DNA of 64,000 nt, from NCBI GenBank assembly GCA_964531795.1, contig CAZHHD010000002.1, positions 1 to 64,000 of the forward strand, written 5' to 3'. The translations under genes were made by a program, and so were the position numbers. Each line of letters opens with the position of its first letter. Within the stretch, counting starts at the first letter, position 1. Source of the DNA: an uncultured Polyangiaceae bacterium. GTDB taxonomy: Bacteria; Myxococcota_A; Polyangia; Polyangiales; Polyangiaceae. Below are positions 36,171-45,900 of this stretch, piece by piece. The notes under the pieces were generated by a model that saw nothing but the letters and a program-made list of their open reading frames with translations, searched no databases and had not been told where the DNA came from.

Positions 36171-38567
36171 ATGGAACGGGAAAAGGCTCGCTTTTGGCAG
36201 AGGCGCTTCGCTCGCTCGCCGATCGCGCGTTACGGTGTCGTCGCAGCTGCGCTCGTGCTCCTTTCGGGCAGCGCCGCGCACGCCGAGATGGGCTTCAACC
36301 ACGTGCGCGACGTGCGCGTGCACGACGCCGACGGCACCCCGGGCGGTGCGGAGATCGAAGTCGTGGGGACGGCGGTGCCGACCTTCCACGCTCGCCTCGC
36401 CGAAGGGGGGAAGCGCCTCATCGTCGACATCACCAACTCCGACGTCGTCGGCGCCCCGCAGGCGCTCACGAACCTCCCCGGAGTGGTCGGTGGCGTGCTG
36501 ACCCAAGCCTTCCGCGACGACGGCGCGTCGGTCACGCGGCTCTCCATCGGCTTGGCGCAGCAGGCGACGTATCGTGTTCGCAGCGAAGGGAACACGCTCC
36601 ACATCGTCATCAGCCCGAGCGGTGCTTCGGTCCCCGCACCGAGCGCCGGCAGCGCCACCAACGCCAAGGGCGGCGGCGAGCAACAAGCCGAGATTCGCGA
36701 CGTCCGCTTCGAGCGCGCGCCGGCGTCGGCGGCCACCGCCTCGCACTGCACGCACGGCTGCGACCGCGTCGTCGTCATGATGACCGGCTCGCCCGGCTAC
36801 GCGATGACCACCACGCCGACGGGGCGCATTCGTCTCGAGATGAAGGGCACCCGCGTCCCCGAGGGGCTGAGGCGCACGCTCGACGTCACCGGATACCGGG
36901 GAAATCTCCGCGCGGTCAGCACCTTCCAAGATCCGAAGACCGGCGCCGCCATCGTCGAGATCGATCGCGCGCCGGGCGCCGCCGAGGCCGACCAAGGCAA
37001 CGTCACGGTCGACGGCGACAAGCTCGTCTGGGCCTTCGACGTCCCCAAGAGCAACGTCACGTCGCCCATCGGTCAGGGCGGGCTCGCGCCCGACGGCGGC
37101 GCGATGCGCCACGTCGTCACCGTCGAGCGGGACGATCCCGGCCCGTCGGTGCAGCGTATCGATACCTCGATCCACGACGCCGACATCCACGTGGAGACTT
37201 CGGAAGGCGGCCAAGCGGGCTTCGCTTCCGGTCTCAACGCGCAGGCCATCGGCAACGGCGGTCGCTACAACGGTCGTCGTATCGACCTCGACCTCAAAGA
37301 CGCCGACATCCACAACATCCTGCGCCTGCTCGCCGACGTCGGCCGCGTGAACATCGTCACCGCCGACGACGTCACCGGCAGCGTCACCATCCGCATGCGC
37401 AACGTCCCCTGGGACCAAGCGCTCGACGTCGTGCTCCAGGCCAAGGGCCTCGGCATGGTGCGGCAGGGGAACCTGATTCGCGTGGCGCCGATGGCGCAGC
37501 TCCAGAAAGAGCGTGAGCTTCGCCTCGCGCAGCAAAAGCAGGAGCTCGACCTCGCGCCGCTCGAGACGCGCCTCATCCCGGTGAGCTACGCGCAAGCCGA
37601 CGAGCTCCAAGCGCGGGCGAAGGACTTCCTCTCGCCGCGCGGATCGCTCGCCGTCGACGAGCGCACCAACGTGCTCATCGCCCGCGACGTCGCCGGCAAC
37701 TTGAACCACATCGAGGAGCTCGTTCGCTCTCTCGACACGCAGACCCCGCAGGTGCTCGTCGAAGCGCGCATCGTCGAGGCCACGAGCAAGTACCTCCGCG
37801 ACATCGGTATCCAGTGGGGTGGCGACGCGACCTTCAGCGAAGCCACCGGCAACCCCACCGGCGTGGCCTTCCCCTCGCGCGTCGGCGCGACCGGCGGTGC
37901 CTCCGACGCCAACACGCCGACGGCCGGTCTCTCGCCGTTCCAGCGCACGGTGCCGAACCCGAACTTCGCCGTGAACCTTCCGGCGGCGACCGGTACCGGA
38001 CAAGGTGGCGCCCTCGGCCTCACGTTCGGATCGATCGACAACAACTTCAACTTGGGCGTGCGTCTCTCCGCGGCCGAGTCGAGCGGCATGCTCCGCATCG
38101 TGTCGAGCCCGCGCATCTTGACCTTGGACAACCGCGAAGCGCGCATCAACCAAGGCACGTTGATCCCGTTCGCGCAGGTGAGCGCGCAGGGTGTGCAGAC
38201 GACCTTCCAAGAGGCCAAGCTGCAGCTCCTCGTGAAGCCGCACGTGACGGCCGACGGCTCGGTCGCGATGCACGTGAAGATCAACCGCGACGAGCCCGAC
38301 TTCAACCAGACCTCGGCGCGCGGCGATCCCACCATCTTGAAGCGTGAGGCGGAGACCGACCTGCTCGTGATGGACGGTCACACCGCGGTCATCGGCGGCA
38401 TCTTCACCAGGAACACCGGCCGCAACATCGATCAGGTGCCGTTCTTCGGCGACATCCCCATCCTCGGCGTGCTCTTCCAGCGCCGAAGGGCCTCGGACTC
38501 GCGCAACGAGCTCGTGATCTTCCTCACCCCGCGCATCGTGAACCGAGCCGAAGCGCTCGGTCGCTGA
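36171..38567 (+). CDS. pilQ: type IV pilus secretin PilQ
   Basis: 798 aa. It has a signal peptide, N-terminal AMIN-like repeats, N0/N1 domains and a C-terminal secretin domain (VMDGHTAVIGGIF...VPFFGDIPILGVLF). Confidence 0.9.
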   Translation: MEREKARFWQRRFARSPIARYGVVAAALVLLSGSAAHAEMGFNHVRDVRVHDADGTPGGAEIEVVGTAVPTFHARLAEGGKRLIVDITNSDVVGAPQALTNLPGVVGGVLTQAFRDDGASVTRLSIGLAQQATYRVRSEGNTLHIVISPSGASVPAPSAGSATNAKGGGEQQAEIRDVRFERAPASAATASHCTHGCDRVVVMMTGSPGYAMTTTPTGRIRLEMKGTRVPEGLRRTLDVTGYRGNLRAVSTFQDPKTGAAIVEIDRAPGAAEADQGNVTVDGDKLVWAFDVPKSNVTSPIGQGGLAPDGGAMRHVVTVERDDPGPSVQRIDTSIHDADIHVETSEGGQAGFASGLNAQAIGNGGRYNGRRIDLDLKDADIHNILRLLADVGRVNIVTADDVTGSVTIRMRNVPWDQALDVVLQAKGLGMVRQGNLIRVAPMAQLQKERELRLAQQKQELDLAPLETRLIPVSYAQADELQARAKDFLSPRGSLAVDERTNVLIARDVAGNLNHIEELVRSLDTQTPQVLVEARIVEATSKYLRDIGIQWGGDATFSEATGNPTGVAFPSRVGATGGASDANTPTAGLSPFQRTVPNPNFAVNLPAATGTGQGGALGLTFGSIDNNFNLGVRLSAAESSGMLRIVSSPRILTLDNREARINQGTLIPFAQVSAQGVQTTFQEAKLQLLVKPHVTADGSVAMHVKINRDEPDFNQTSARGDPTILKREAETDLLVMDGHTAVIGGIFTRNTGRNIDQVPFFGDIPILGVLFQRRRASDSRNELVIFLTPRIVNRAEALGR

Positions 38568-38603
38568 CCGTCGCCGAAGAGGCGGAGCCTCGAGAACGCC
38601 GTC

Positions 38604-38640
38604 GGGCTTCGCTCTCCGCGGGCCCGACGACGTCGGGCTC
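38604..38640. terminator. GC-rich inverted repeat, candidate bidirectional terminator between convergent pilQ and kinase genes
   Basis: cgtcgggc...gcccgacg and gcccgac-gac-gtcgggc form a hairpin in the 78-nt convergent intergenic gap. Confidence 0.3.
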
Positions 38641-38644
38641 TCCC

Positions 38645-39853
38645 TCAGTGCGCGATCGCGCGCACGACGACCACCGCCGCCACGACGAGGCCGGCAGCGA
38701 CGGCGATCGCGCCCGCCGTCATGATGCCGACCCACAGGACCACGTGGCGGTCGACCCACCCGATGAACGAGCTCGTCACCGCCTTGGTGAGGCTGACGGG
38801 GCATTGAATGGGAATGTCCCCTCCCTGCAGGCGACGGAGGCGTTCCACCATGGCGCCGGCGTCGGCGTAGCGCTTGGCCGGATCGCGGGCGAGGGCGCCG
38901 GACGTGAACCACATGAGCTCCATGCCGACCCCGGCCTTGGCGAAGAAGGGCTGGAGGTTCGCCCGCCCGTCGAGGTCGTGATGGAGGAGCGTCGCGAGGA
39001 CCGCGGGCGCCGACGTCAACGATCCGAGCGGGTGTTCGAGCGTCAGGAGCTCCACCGCCACGAGGCCGGCAGCGAACACGTCGCTCCGTGCGTCGACCTC
39101 GGAGTTCTTCCCCGCGGCCTGCTCGGGCGACATGTAGAGGATCGTGCCGAGGAGCGTGCCGGCCTGCGTCTCCACCAGGCGATCGCGGCGTTCGCCGGTC
39201 GCCGCGAGCGCGTCGACCTTCGCTGGATCTTCGGCCTGGCCGATCTGCTTGGCGATCCCCCAGTCCATCAACGTGACCTCGCCGTGGGGCCCCACCATGA
39301 TGTTGGCGGGCTTGAGATCGCGATGCACGAAGCCGCGGCTGTGGGCGTAGGACAGCGCCTCGAGGATCTTGCCGAGCACCTCCACGCGCTTGGTGACGGG
39401 ATATCTCTCGACGAAGGCCGGCTCGTGAGCCCGTAGCCCCTCGAGGATGCGCTCGAGCGTGTCCCCCTCGACGAACTTCATGACGAGATAGAGCTGCCCG
39501 TCGTCGTCGACCCCGACGTCGTGCACCGGGACGATGCCGGGGTGCTCGAGCTGGCCGATGATCCGCACCTCGTCGGCGAAGCGGAGAAGCGTCGACTCCC
39601 CGCTCTGATCTTGGCGGATGCGCTTGATGGCGACGCGACGCTGGATGTCCTCGTCGAGGGCGAGCACCACCTCGCCCATCCCGCCTTCGCCGAGCGGCTT
39701 CACGTGACGGAACCTTCGTCCGGTGCTCTGCGCGGCCGCCGCGGCGCCCCCTTCGCGACGCGGCAAGACGGTGCCGCGCGCCTGACCGGCGACGAGCGTC
39801 TTGTCGGCGGCGGCGACGGTCTCGCCCAAGGGTTCGGTTCCCGGAGGGGTCAT
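38645..39853 (-). CDS. Hanks-type Ser/Thr protein kinase with C-terminal TM anchor
   Basis: About 402 aa from the ATG at 39851-39853. It carries G-loop LGEGGMGEVV, AIK, HRDLKPANIMV and DWG, and a C-terminal hydrophobic helix (HVVLWVGIMTAGAIAVAAGLVVAAVVVV). Confidence 0.8.
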   Translation of the reverse strand: MTPPGTEPLGETVAAADKTLVAGQARGTVLPRREGGAAAAAQSTGRRFRHVKPLGEGGMGEVVLALDEDIQRRVAIKRIRQDQSGESTLLRFADEVRIIGQLEHPGIVPVHDVGVDDDGQLYLVMKFVEGDTLERILEGLRAHEPAFVERYPVTKRVEVLGKILEALSYAHSRGFVHRDLKPANIMVGPHGEVTLMDWGIAKQIGQAEDPAKVDALAATGERRDRLVETQAGTLLGTILYMSPEQAAGKNSEVDARSDVFAAGLVAVELLTLEHPLGSLTSAPAVLATLLHHDLDGRANLQPFFAKAGVGMELMWFTSGALARDPAKRYADAGAMVERLRRLQGGDIPIQCPVSLTKAVTSSFIGWVDRHVVLWVGIMTAGAIAVAAGLVVAAVVVVRAIAH

Positions 39854-40007
39854 CGCGCGCCTCGCGGTCGATGCTACCACGCGCGTTGCGACGGCCAGGG
39901 CGTGGGCCGGCACCGGCCGCTACTGCATGCGTGGACAGGTGGGAGCATGGGAGCGCGCACACTTGCTTTACGCACCCCGGCCGAAGGGTGCAAAGTGCTG
40001 CCCCCTC

Positions 40008-42716
40008 ATGCCCACCGAGCATCGTCTCCACGCCCGCTGCGGGTGTGGCCTCGCGCACTCCCGAATCGACGAGCAAGAGCACCACGCCGCGGAGGCCAGC
40101 TCCGCGGGGCGGCCCTTCGCCTTCGGTGCCACGCCGCGGCACTTCGAGCGCGATCGCCCGTTCGCCGTCGAGCACCTCGCTCTCGATCTGACGCTCGACC
40201 TGGACGCCAAGAGCGTGTCGGGCACGGCGTCGCTCACGGTGAAGCGGGTCGACCCGAACGCCACCGAGCTCCCGCTCGACGCCATCGGCTTCGATCTGCA
40301 GAAGGTCACGCTCGACGGACACAGGGTCGCGCATCGCTACGACGGTCGCGTCCTCACCGTCACCATCCCCGTCGCATCGCGCGGGGGCGTGCTCGCCGTC
40401 ACCTACTCGGCCACGCCGCGCCGCGGGCTCTACTTCCTCGAGCCCGACGAGCACGTGAAGGACCGCCCGCGTCAGGTGTGGAGCCAGTGCCAAGAAGAGG
40501 ACGCGCGCCACTTCTTGCCGTGCCACGACAAGCCGCACGTGAAGATGACGACCGAGATGACGGTCACCGTGCCCAACGGTTTCTACGTCCTCTCGAACGG
40601 CGAGCTCGCGTCCTCGAGCAAGCCCAAGGAAGGGCCCTGGCGCTTCCACTGGAAGATGAGCGCGCCGCACCCGAGCTACCTGCTCACGCTCGTGGCCGGC
40701 GAGTTCGCCGAGGTGACGGCCAAGGCCGGCGGCGTGCCGCTCTCTTACCTCGTCCCGCGCGGGCGCGAGGGGGACGTGGAGCGCACCTTCGGGCGCACCC
40801 CGCAGATGATCGAGTACTTCGGCACGCTCACCGGCGTCGCCTTCCCCTGGAACAAGTACGCCCAGGTCGTGGTGAGCGACTTCATCTTCGGCGGGATGGA
40901 GAACACGACCGCCACCACGATGTACGAGCACATCTTGCTCGACGAGCGCGCCGCGCTCGACGTCACCTCCGACGATCTCGTGGCCCACGAGCTCGCGCAC
41001 CAGTGGTTCGGCGACTACGTCACGTGCCGCGACTGGTCCGACGGATGGCTCAACGAGGGCTTTGCCACCTTCATGGAGCACGTCTGGCGCGAGAAGCACC
41101 TCGGCAAGGACGAGCACGAGTACGCGGTGAAGGGGGATCTCGACGCGTACATGGCCGAGGCCGCGGGGCGCTATCGCCGGCCCATCGTGTGCCACGCGTA
41201 CGACGCGCCGCTCGATCTCTTCGATCGGCACCTCTACGAGAAGGGGGGCTTGGTCCTCCACCTCCTTCGCCTGGAGCTCGGGAGCGATCTCTTCTGGCGC
41301 GGGGTCTCGGTCTACTTGAAGCGCCACGCCTTCGGCGTCGTGGAGACGAAAGACCTCCAGCGCGCGCTCGAAGAGGTGAGCGGCCGGAGCCTCGGACGCC
41401 TCTTCGACCAGTGGGTGTACAGGCCCGGGCACCCCGACCTCGAGGTCGCGTTCTCGTGGGAACGCGGGATTTTGCAGGTCGCGGTGAAGCAGACGCACGC
41501 CTCGACCGACGACGTCCCCTCGGTCTTCGAGGTGCCGCTCCACCTCGACATCGTCGACGCTCAAGGGAAAGTGCATCGCGAGCGGCTCGCCGTGACCCAG
41601 CGCACCGAGTCGTTCGCCATTCCCGCCGCCGAGCGCCCCGCCTTCGTCGTCGTCGATCCGGAGATGCGTGTCCTCGGCGACATCTCGCTCCGCGCCCCCG
41701 CCGACATGCTCCGCGCCCAGGTCGCCAAGGCGCCGACGGCGCGCGGTCGCTGGCTCGCCGCGCACGCGCTCGCCAAGCACGACGATCCCACGACGCGCGC
41801 CGCGCTCGTCGCGCGCCTGGAAGACGAGGCCGAGTTCTGGGGCGTGCGCGCCACCGCCGCCGAGACCCTGGGAATCCTCCGCGGAAAAGAGAGCTTCGCC
41901 GCGCTCGCCGAGAACGCCTACGTCACGCACCCCAAGGTGCGCCGCGCGGTCGTCTCGGCGCTCGGGCGCTTCCGCACCGCCGCCGCCGCGGAGACGCTCC
42001 GTCCGCTCGCCCTCCGCGACGCGAGCTTCCTCGTGGAGGCCGAGGCCGCGCGCTCGCTCGGCAAGACCAAGCAGGCTTCGGCGTTCGACACGCTCGTCGA
42101 CGTCATGGATCGCCCGTCGTGGGCCGACGTGATCCGCGTCGGCGCCATCGACGGGCTCGCGGCGCTCCGCGACGATCGCGCCGCCCCGCACGTGCTCTCG
42201 CGCCTTCGTTACGGCCACGCCACGCGCGCGCGCCGCGCCGCCATCTTGGCGGTGCCCAAGCTGATGAGCGACCGACGCGGCCGAGAGGCGCTGGAAGAGC
42301 TCCTCGAGGACGACGATCCGCACCTTCGCATCGACGTCGTGCGTGCGCTCACCGAGTACGGCGACGGAAAATCGCGCCCGGCGCTCCGCGGCCGGCTCGA
42401 GGTCGATCTCGATCCGCGCGTTCGGCGCCGCATTCGCGAGGCGCTGCGTGACCTCGGCGGCGAAGGGAAGAAGTCGCTCGAGCAGCTCAAAGAGGAGCTC
42501 GAGCGCTTGCAGAACGAGCACACCGACCTGAAGGCACGGCTCGCGCAGATCGAAGCGCGCGTCACCGGCGAAGCCTCCTCCTCCAAGGGGAACGGCTCGC
42601 CGCCCGCCGCCGCCAAGGCGGGGAAGGGCGCCGCCGAGGCGAGCAAGAGCGAGAAGAAGGGCGAGAAGCCGGCCAAGGACGCAAAGCAAGAGAAGGCACG
42701 ACGGAGGAAGCGATGA
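40008..42716 (+). CDS. M1 family aminopeptidase fused to C-terminal HEAT/PBS-lyase-like repeats and Lys-rich tail
   Basis: About 902 aa from the ATG at 40008. It has the GxMEN motif (GGMENTT) and the zinc-binding HELAHQWFGD...EGFATF. The C-terminal ~300 aa contain HEAT-like repeats (VRATAAETLG; VRRAVVSALG; VRVGAIDGLA; IDVVRALTEYGD), then a coiled coil and a KKGEKPAKDAKQEKARRRKR tail. Confidence 0.8.
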   Translation: MPTEHRLHARCGCGLAHSRIDEQEHHAAEASSAGRPFAFGATPRHFERDRPFAVEHLALDLTLDLDAKSVSGTASLTVKRVDPNATELPLDAIGFDLQKVTLDGHRVAHRYDGRVLTVTIPVASRGGVLAVTYSATPRRGLYFLEPDEHVKDRPRQVWSQCQEEDARHFLPCHDKPHVKMTTEMTVTVPNGFYVLSNGELASSSKPKEGPWRFHWKMSAPHPSYLLTLVAGEFAEVTAKAGGVPLSYLVPRGREGDVERTFGRTPQMIEYFGTLTGVAFPWNKYAQVVVSDFIFGGMENTTATTMYEHILLDERAALDVTSDDLVAHELAHQWFGDYVTCRDWSDGWLNEGFATFMEHVWREKHLGKDEHEYAVKGDLDAYMAEAAGRYRRPIVCHAYDAPLDLFDRHLYEKGGLVLHLLRLELGSDLFWRGVSVYLKRHAFGVVETKDLQRALEEVSGRSLGRLFDQWVYRPGHPDLEVAFSWERGILQVAVKQTHASTDDVPSVFEVPLHLDIVDAQGKVHRERLAVTQRTESFAIPAAERPAFVVVDPEMRVLGDISLRAPADMLRAQVAKAPTARGRWLAAHALAKHDDPTTRAALVARLEDEAEFWGVRATAAETLGILRGKESFAALAENAYVTHPKVRRAVVSALGRFRTAAAAETLRPLALRDASFLVEAEAARSLGKTKQASAFDTLVDVMDRPSWADVIRVGAIDGLAALRDDRAAPHVLSRLRYGHATRARRAAILAVPKLMSDRRGREALEELLEDDDPHLRIDVVRALTEYGDGKSRPALRGRLEVDLDPRVRRRIREALRDLGGEGKKSLEQLKEELERLQNEHTDLKARLAQIEARVTGEASSSKGNGSPPAAAKAGKGAAEASKSEKKGEKPAKDAKQEKARRRKR

Positions 42717-43501
42717 GCGAAGAGAAGCCCGTCCGCGTCGAACGTCGCGGCCCGGTCGTGGTCTGGACCATCGATCGGCCCGATCGATCGAACAGCCTCT
42801 CGCGCGCGACGCTCCTCGAGCTCGGTCGCCTCACCCGCGAGGCCGTCGCCGACGACGCCGTGCGCGCCATCGTCCTCACGGGCGCGGGGGAAAAGGCCTT
42901 CTGCGCCGGCGCCGATCTGAAGGAGCGCCAAGGCATGACCGAGAACGACGTGCGCGTGCAGGTCGAGCTCTATCGGAGTCAGCTGGGGCCGCTCGATCAC
43001 TCGCCGAAGCCGGTGATCGCCGCCATCAACGGCGTGGCCTTCGGCGGCGGGCTCGAGCTCGCCCTCGTGTGCGATCTCCGCGTCGCCGCGGCTCACGCGA
43101 CCTTCGCGCTCCCCGAGACTTCGCTGGGCATCATCCCCGGCGCCGGCGGCACGCAAAGGCTCCCGCGCCTCGTCGGGGAAGCGCGCGCCAAAGAGATGAC
43201 GCTCCTCTGCCGCAGACTCGCCGCCGACGAGGCGCTCGAGTGGGGGCTCGTGAACCGCGTCGTCCCCGCGGGGATCTCACTCGTCGACGACGTGCTCGCG
43301 TGGATCGAGCCCATCGCCCAGGGCGCGCCCATCGCGCAAGCGGCAGCGCTCGAAGCGATCGATCGCGGGCTCGACTCGACGCTCGAGGTCGGGCTCGAGC
43401 TCGAGAAGGTCAGCTACGACAAGACACTCGTGAGCTCCGACCGGCGCGAGGCGCTCACCGCCTTCGCCGAGAAGCGAAAGCCCAAGTTCACCGGGGCGTG
43501 A
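42713..43501 (+). CDS. enoyl-CoA hydratase/isomerase family protein
   Basis: 262 aa. It has crotonase-fold motifs (AIVLTGAGEKAFCAGADLKE; AAINGVAFGGGLELALVCD). Its start overlaps the stop of the aminopeptidase gene (ATGA). Confidence 0.85.
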   Translation: MSEEKPVRVERRGPVVVWTIDRPDRSNSLSRATLLELGRLTREAVADDAVRAIVLTGAGEKAFCAGADLKERQGMTENDVRVQVELYRSQLGPLDHSPKPVIAAINGVAFGGGLELALVCDLRVAAAHATFALPETSLGIIPGAGGTQRLPRLVGEARAKEMTLLCRRLAADEALEWGLVNRVVPAGISLVDDVLAWIEPIAQGAPIAQAAALEAIDRGLDSTLEVGLELEKVSYDKTLVSSDRREALTAFAEKRKPKFTGA

Positions 43502-44267
43502 GCCCGCGGAGCGCGTCGCCGATGCGCCCCGCCACCCACTCGCGCTCGCGGAGGCTCAAGTCGGCGGCGTCGAGCGACTCCTCGCTCCCGTCGTCGAATT
43601 GAATCATCACCCCCGGGTTCTCTGCCGTCGCCGACTTCACGCGCGTAAGCTCGATCTCGCGCCGGCGCTTTTTGAACCAGCGCCCTTCCTCGAGGACGAA
43701 GAGGTTCTCTCCCGGCGAGACGACCACGCGGCGCCGGCCGTTCATCCACGAGGCGCACGCCAGCGCGCCGAAGAGGGCGAGCGTCCAGAAGGGGGCCGAG
43801 CTCCCCAGCACGACGTCGAGATCGCGCGTGGCCGAGCCGAGGTACACGTTCACGCGACCCGCGGCGGCGTACTTCGGCTCTTCGACGTTGTCCCACCCGG
43901 TGAGCGGCACGTGTCCGCTCGTCGTCGTGAGCACAAGCCGATAGAGCACCGTGGGTTCCGTCGCCGCGCCCCCGGCGCGGGCGCGACCCTCTTGCGTCTC
44001 GACCTCGGCGCCGAGCACGTCGCCCAAGGCGAAGGTGCGCGTCGCGCCGAGCCCCGCGAGCCCCGTGCGCACCTCGCACGTCTCGGTGCGCCGTGAGCAA
44101 GCGATCCGACCGGCCTCGTTGAGCACGAGGGTCAGCATCATGGTCGAAGGGAGCACCACGAGGAGCGCCAGGAAGAAGCGCGTGTTCCGGCGTGACATCG
44201 AGACGGTCACCGTCTCCGGCGTCGGCGCGACGGGCTCTCGTTCGGGCTGCCGGTAGGGGGTGCTCAT
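43488..44267 (-). CDS. hypothetical membrane protein
   Basis: 259 aa from the ATG at 44265-44267. It has two hydrophobic helices (FFLALLVVLPSTMMLTLVL; FWTLALFGALACASW) and a basic stretch (GRWFKKRRREIELTRV). Its 3' end overlaps the convergent hydratase gene by 14 nt. The upstream part of the 380-aa track ORF was rejected. Confidence 0.45.
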   Translation of the reverse strand: MSTPYRQPEREPVAPTPETVTVSMSRRNTRFFLALLVVLPSTMMLTLVLNEAGRIACSRRTETCEVRTGLAGLGATRTFALGDVLGAEVETQEGRARAGGAATEPTVLYRLVLTTTSGHVPLTGWDNVEEPKYAAAGRVNVYLGSATRDLDVVLGSSAPFWTLALFGALACASWMNGRRRVVVSPGENLFVLEEGRWFKKRRREIELTRVKSATAENPGVMIQFDDGSEESLDAADLSLREREWVAGRIGDALRGLTPR

Positions 44268-44322
44268 GGCTTCCGCGTGTGCGCTTCCCCTCGGCCCCGC
44301 GCCGCGGTAAACACGCGGCCCC

Positions 44323-45855
44323 ATGTCGAAAGAGCGCGCACTCACCGCGGAGCTGGCCCGGATCGAAAAGGGCGGCGCCGAGAAGTACCACAAGAAGAAC
44401 GCCGAGACCGGCAAGCTGTTCGCGCGTGAGCGCATCGCGCGCCTCGTCGACGCCGGCTCGTTCGTCGAAGACGCCGCGCTCGCCAACGCGCTCGATCCCG
44501 AGCTCCCCGCCGACGGCGTGGTGACGGGCACCGCGCTGGTGGACGGTCGCAAAGTGGCCATCATGGCCAACGACTCGACCATCAAGGCCGGCTCGTGGGG
44601 CCGCCGCACGGTGGAGAAGATCCTCCGCATCCAAGAGACGGCGCAGGACCTCCGCGTGCCGATGCTCTACCTCGTCGACTCGGCCGGGGCGCGCATCACC
44701 GATCAGATCGAGATGTTCCCCGGTCGCCGCGGCGCGGGGCGCATCTTCTACAACCAGGTGCAGATGAGCGGCCAGGTGCCGCAGGTGTGCCTCCTCTTCG
44801 GACCGAGCGCCGCCGGCGGCGCGTACATCCCGGCGTTCTGCGACATCGTGGTGATGGTGCAGGGGAACGCCAGCATGTACCTCGGCTCCCCGCGCATGGC
44901 GGAGATGGTCATCGGCGAGAAGGTGACGCTCGAAGAGATGGGCGGCGCCAAGATGCACTGCTCGGTCTCCGGTTGCGGCGACGTGCTCGCCAAGACCGAA
45001 GACGAAGCGATTGCATTCTGCAAGCGTTACCTCGGCTACTTGCCCACCGACTTCCAGGCGCCGCCGCCCATGGCCGCGCCCCTCCCGCCGAAGTCGAGCG
45101 GCAAGCGCCTCGAGGAGATCATCCCCGCCGACGAGAACAAGCCCTTCGACATGATGAGCGTCATCCACGAGCTCATCGACGAAGGCTCGTGGTGCGAAAT
45201 CAAGGCGCTCTTCGCTCGTGAGCTCATCACCGGCTTCTGTCGCATCGACGGGCGCGTCGTGGGGATCGTGGCCAACCAGCCCAAGTGGCTCGGCGGCGTC
45301 CTCTTCGTCGACTCGGCGGACAAAGCGGCGCGCTTCATCTGGCTGTGCGACGCCTTCAACGTGCCGCTCCTCTACTTGGCCGACGTGCCCGGATTCATGA
45401 TCGGCACCAAGGTCGAGAAGCAGGGGATCATCCGCGCGGGGGCGAAGATGATCGCCGCCGTGAGCGAAGCCACCGTGCCGAAGCTCAGCGTGGTGGTGCG
45501 AAAGGCCTACGGCGCGGGGCTCTACGCCATGTGCGGCCCGGCCTTCGAGCCCGACGCGTGCATCGCCCTCCCCAGCGCGTCGATCGCCGTGATGGGACCG
45601 CAAGCCGCGGTGAACGCCGTCTACTACAACAAGATCCAGGAAGTCCCCGAAGGGGACGAGCGCAAGGCGTACGTCCAGAAGCTCCAGGACGAATACCGCG
45701 CCGACGTCGACCTCATGAAGCTCGCGTCCGAGCTGGTCATCGACGCCGTCGTCCCGGGCGACAGGCTGCGGCGGGAGATCTCGGATCGCTTCGCGCGCTA
45801 CGAAAACAAGCGCGAAGCGCGGCCGGCGAAGAAGCACCTCGTCCCGCCGGTGTGA
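44323..45855 (+). CDS. acyl-CoA carboxylase carboxyltransferase subunit (propionyl-CoA/methylmalonyl-CoA carboxyltransferase beta-like)
   Basis: 510 aa. It has the typical N-terminus (LAELARIEKGGAEKYHKKNAETGKLFARERIARLVD) and carboxyltransferase motifs (VTGTALVDGRKVAIMANDSTIKAGSWG). Confidence 0.85.
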   Translation: MSKERALTAELARIEKGGAEKYHKKNAETGKLFARERIARLVDAGSFVEDAALANALDPELPADGVVTGTALVDGRKVAIMANDSTIKAGSWGRRTVEKILRIQETAQDLRVPMLYLVDSAGARITDQIEMFPGRRGAGRIFYNQVQMSGQVPQVCLLFGPSAAGGAYIPAFCDIVVMVQGNASMYLGSPRMAEMVIGEKVTLEEMGGAKMHCSVSGCGDVLAKTEDEAIAFCKRYLGYLPTDFQAPPPMAAPLPPKSSGKRLEEIIPADENKPFDMMSVIHELIDEGSWCEIKALFARELITGFCRIDGRVVGIVANQPKWLGGVLFVDSADKAARFIWLCDAFNVPLLYLADVPGFMIGTKVEKQGIIRAGAKMIAAVSEATVPKLSVVVRKAYGAGLYAMCGPAFEPDACIALPSASIAVMGPQAAVNAVYYNKIQEVPEGDERKAYVQKLQDEYRADVDLMKLASELVIDAVVPGDRLRREISDRFARYENKREARPAKKHLVPPV

Positions 45856-45900
45856 CGGGACGCGCGAGCGCGCCGCCGATCTGAGCTAACCTTCCTCGCG

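Noticed and set aside
35943-42689. 2248-aa ORF on the minus strand
   Set aside because: Its composition is Arg/Ala/Gly-rich low-complexity. It is antisense to three well-supported genes (pilQ, a kinase, the M1 aminopeptidase). It is a typical long spurious ORF in high-GC DNA.
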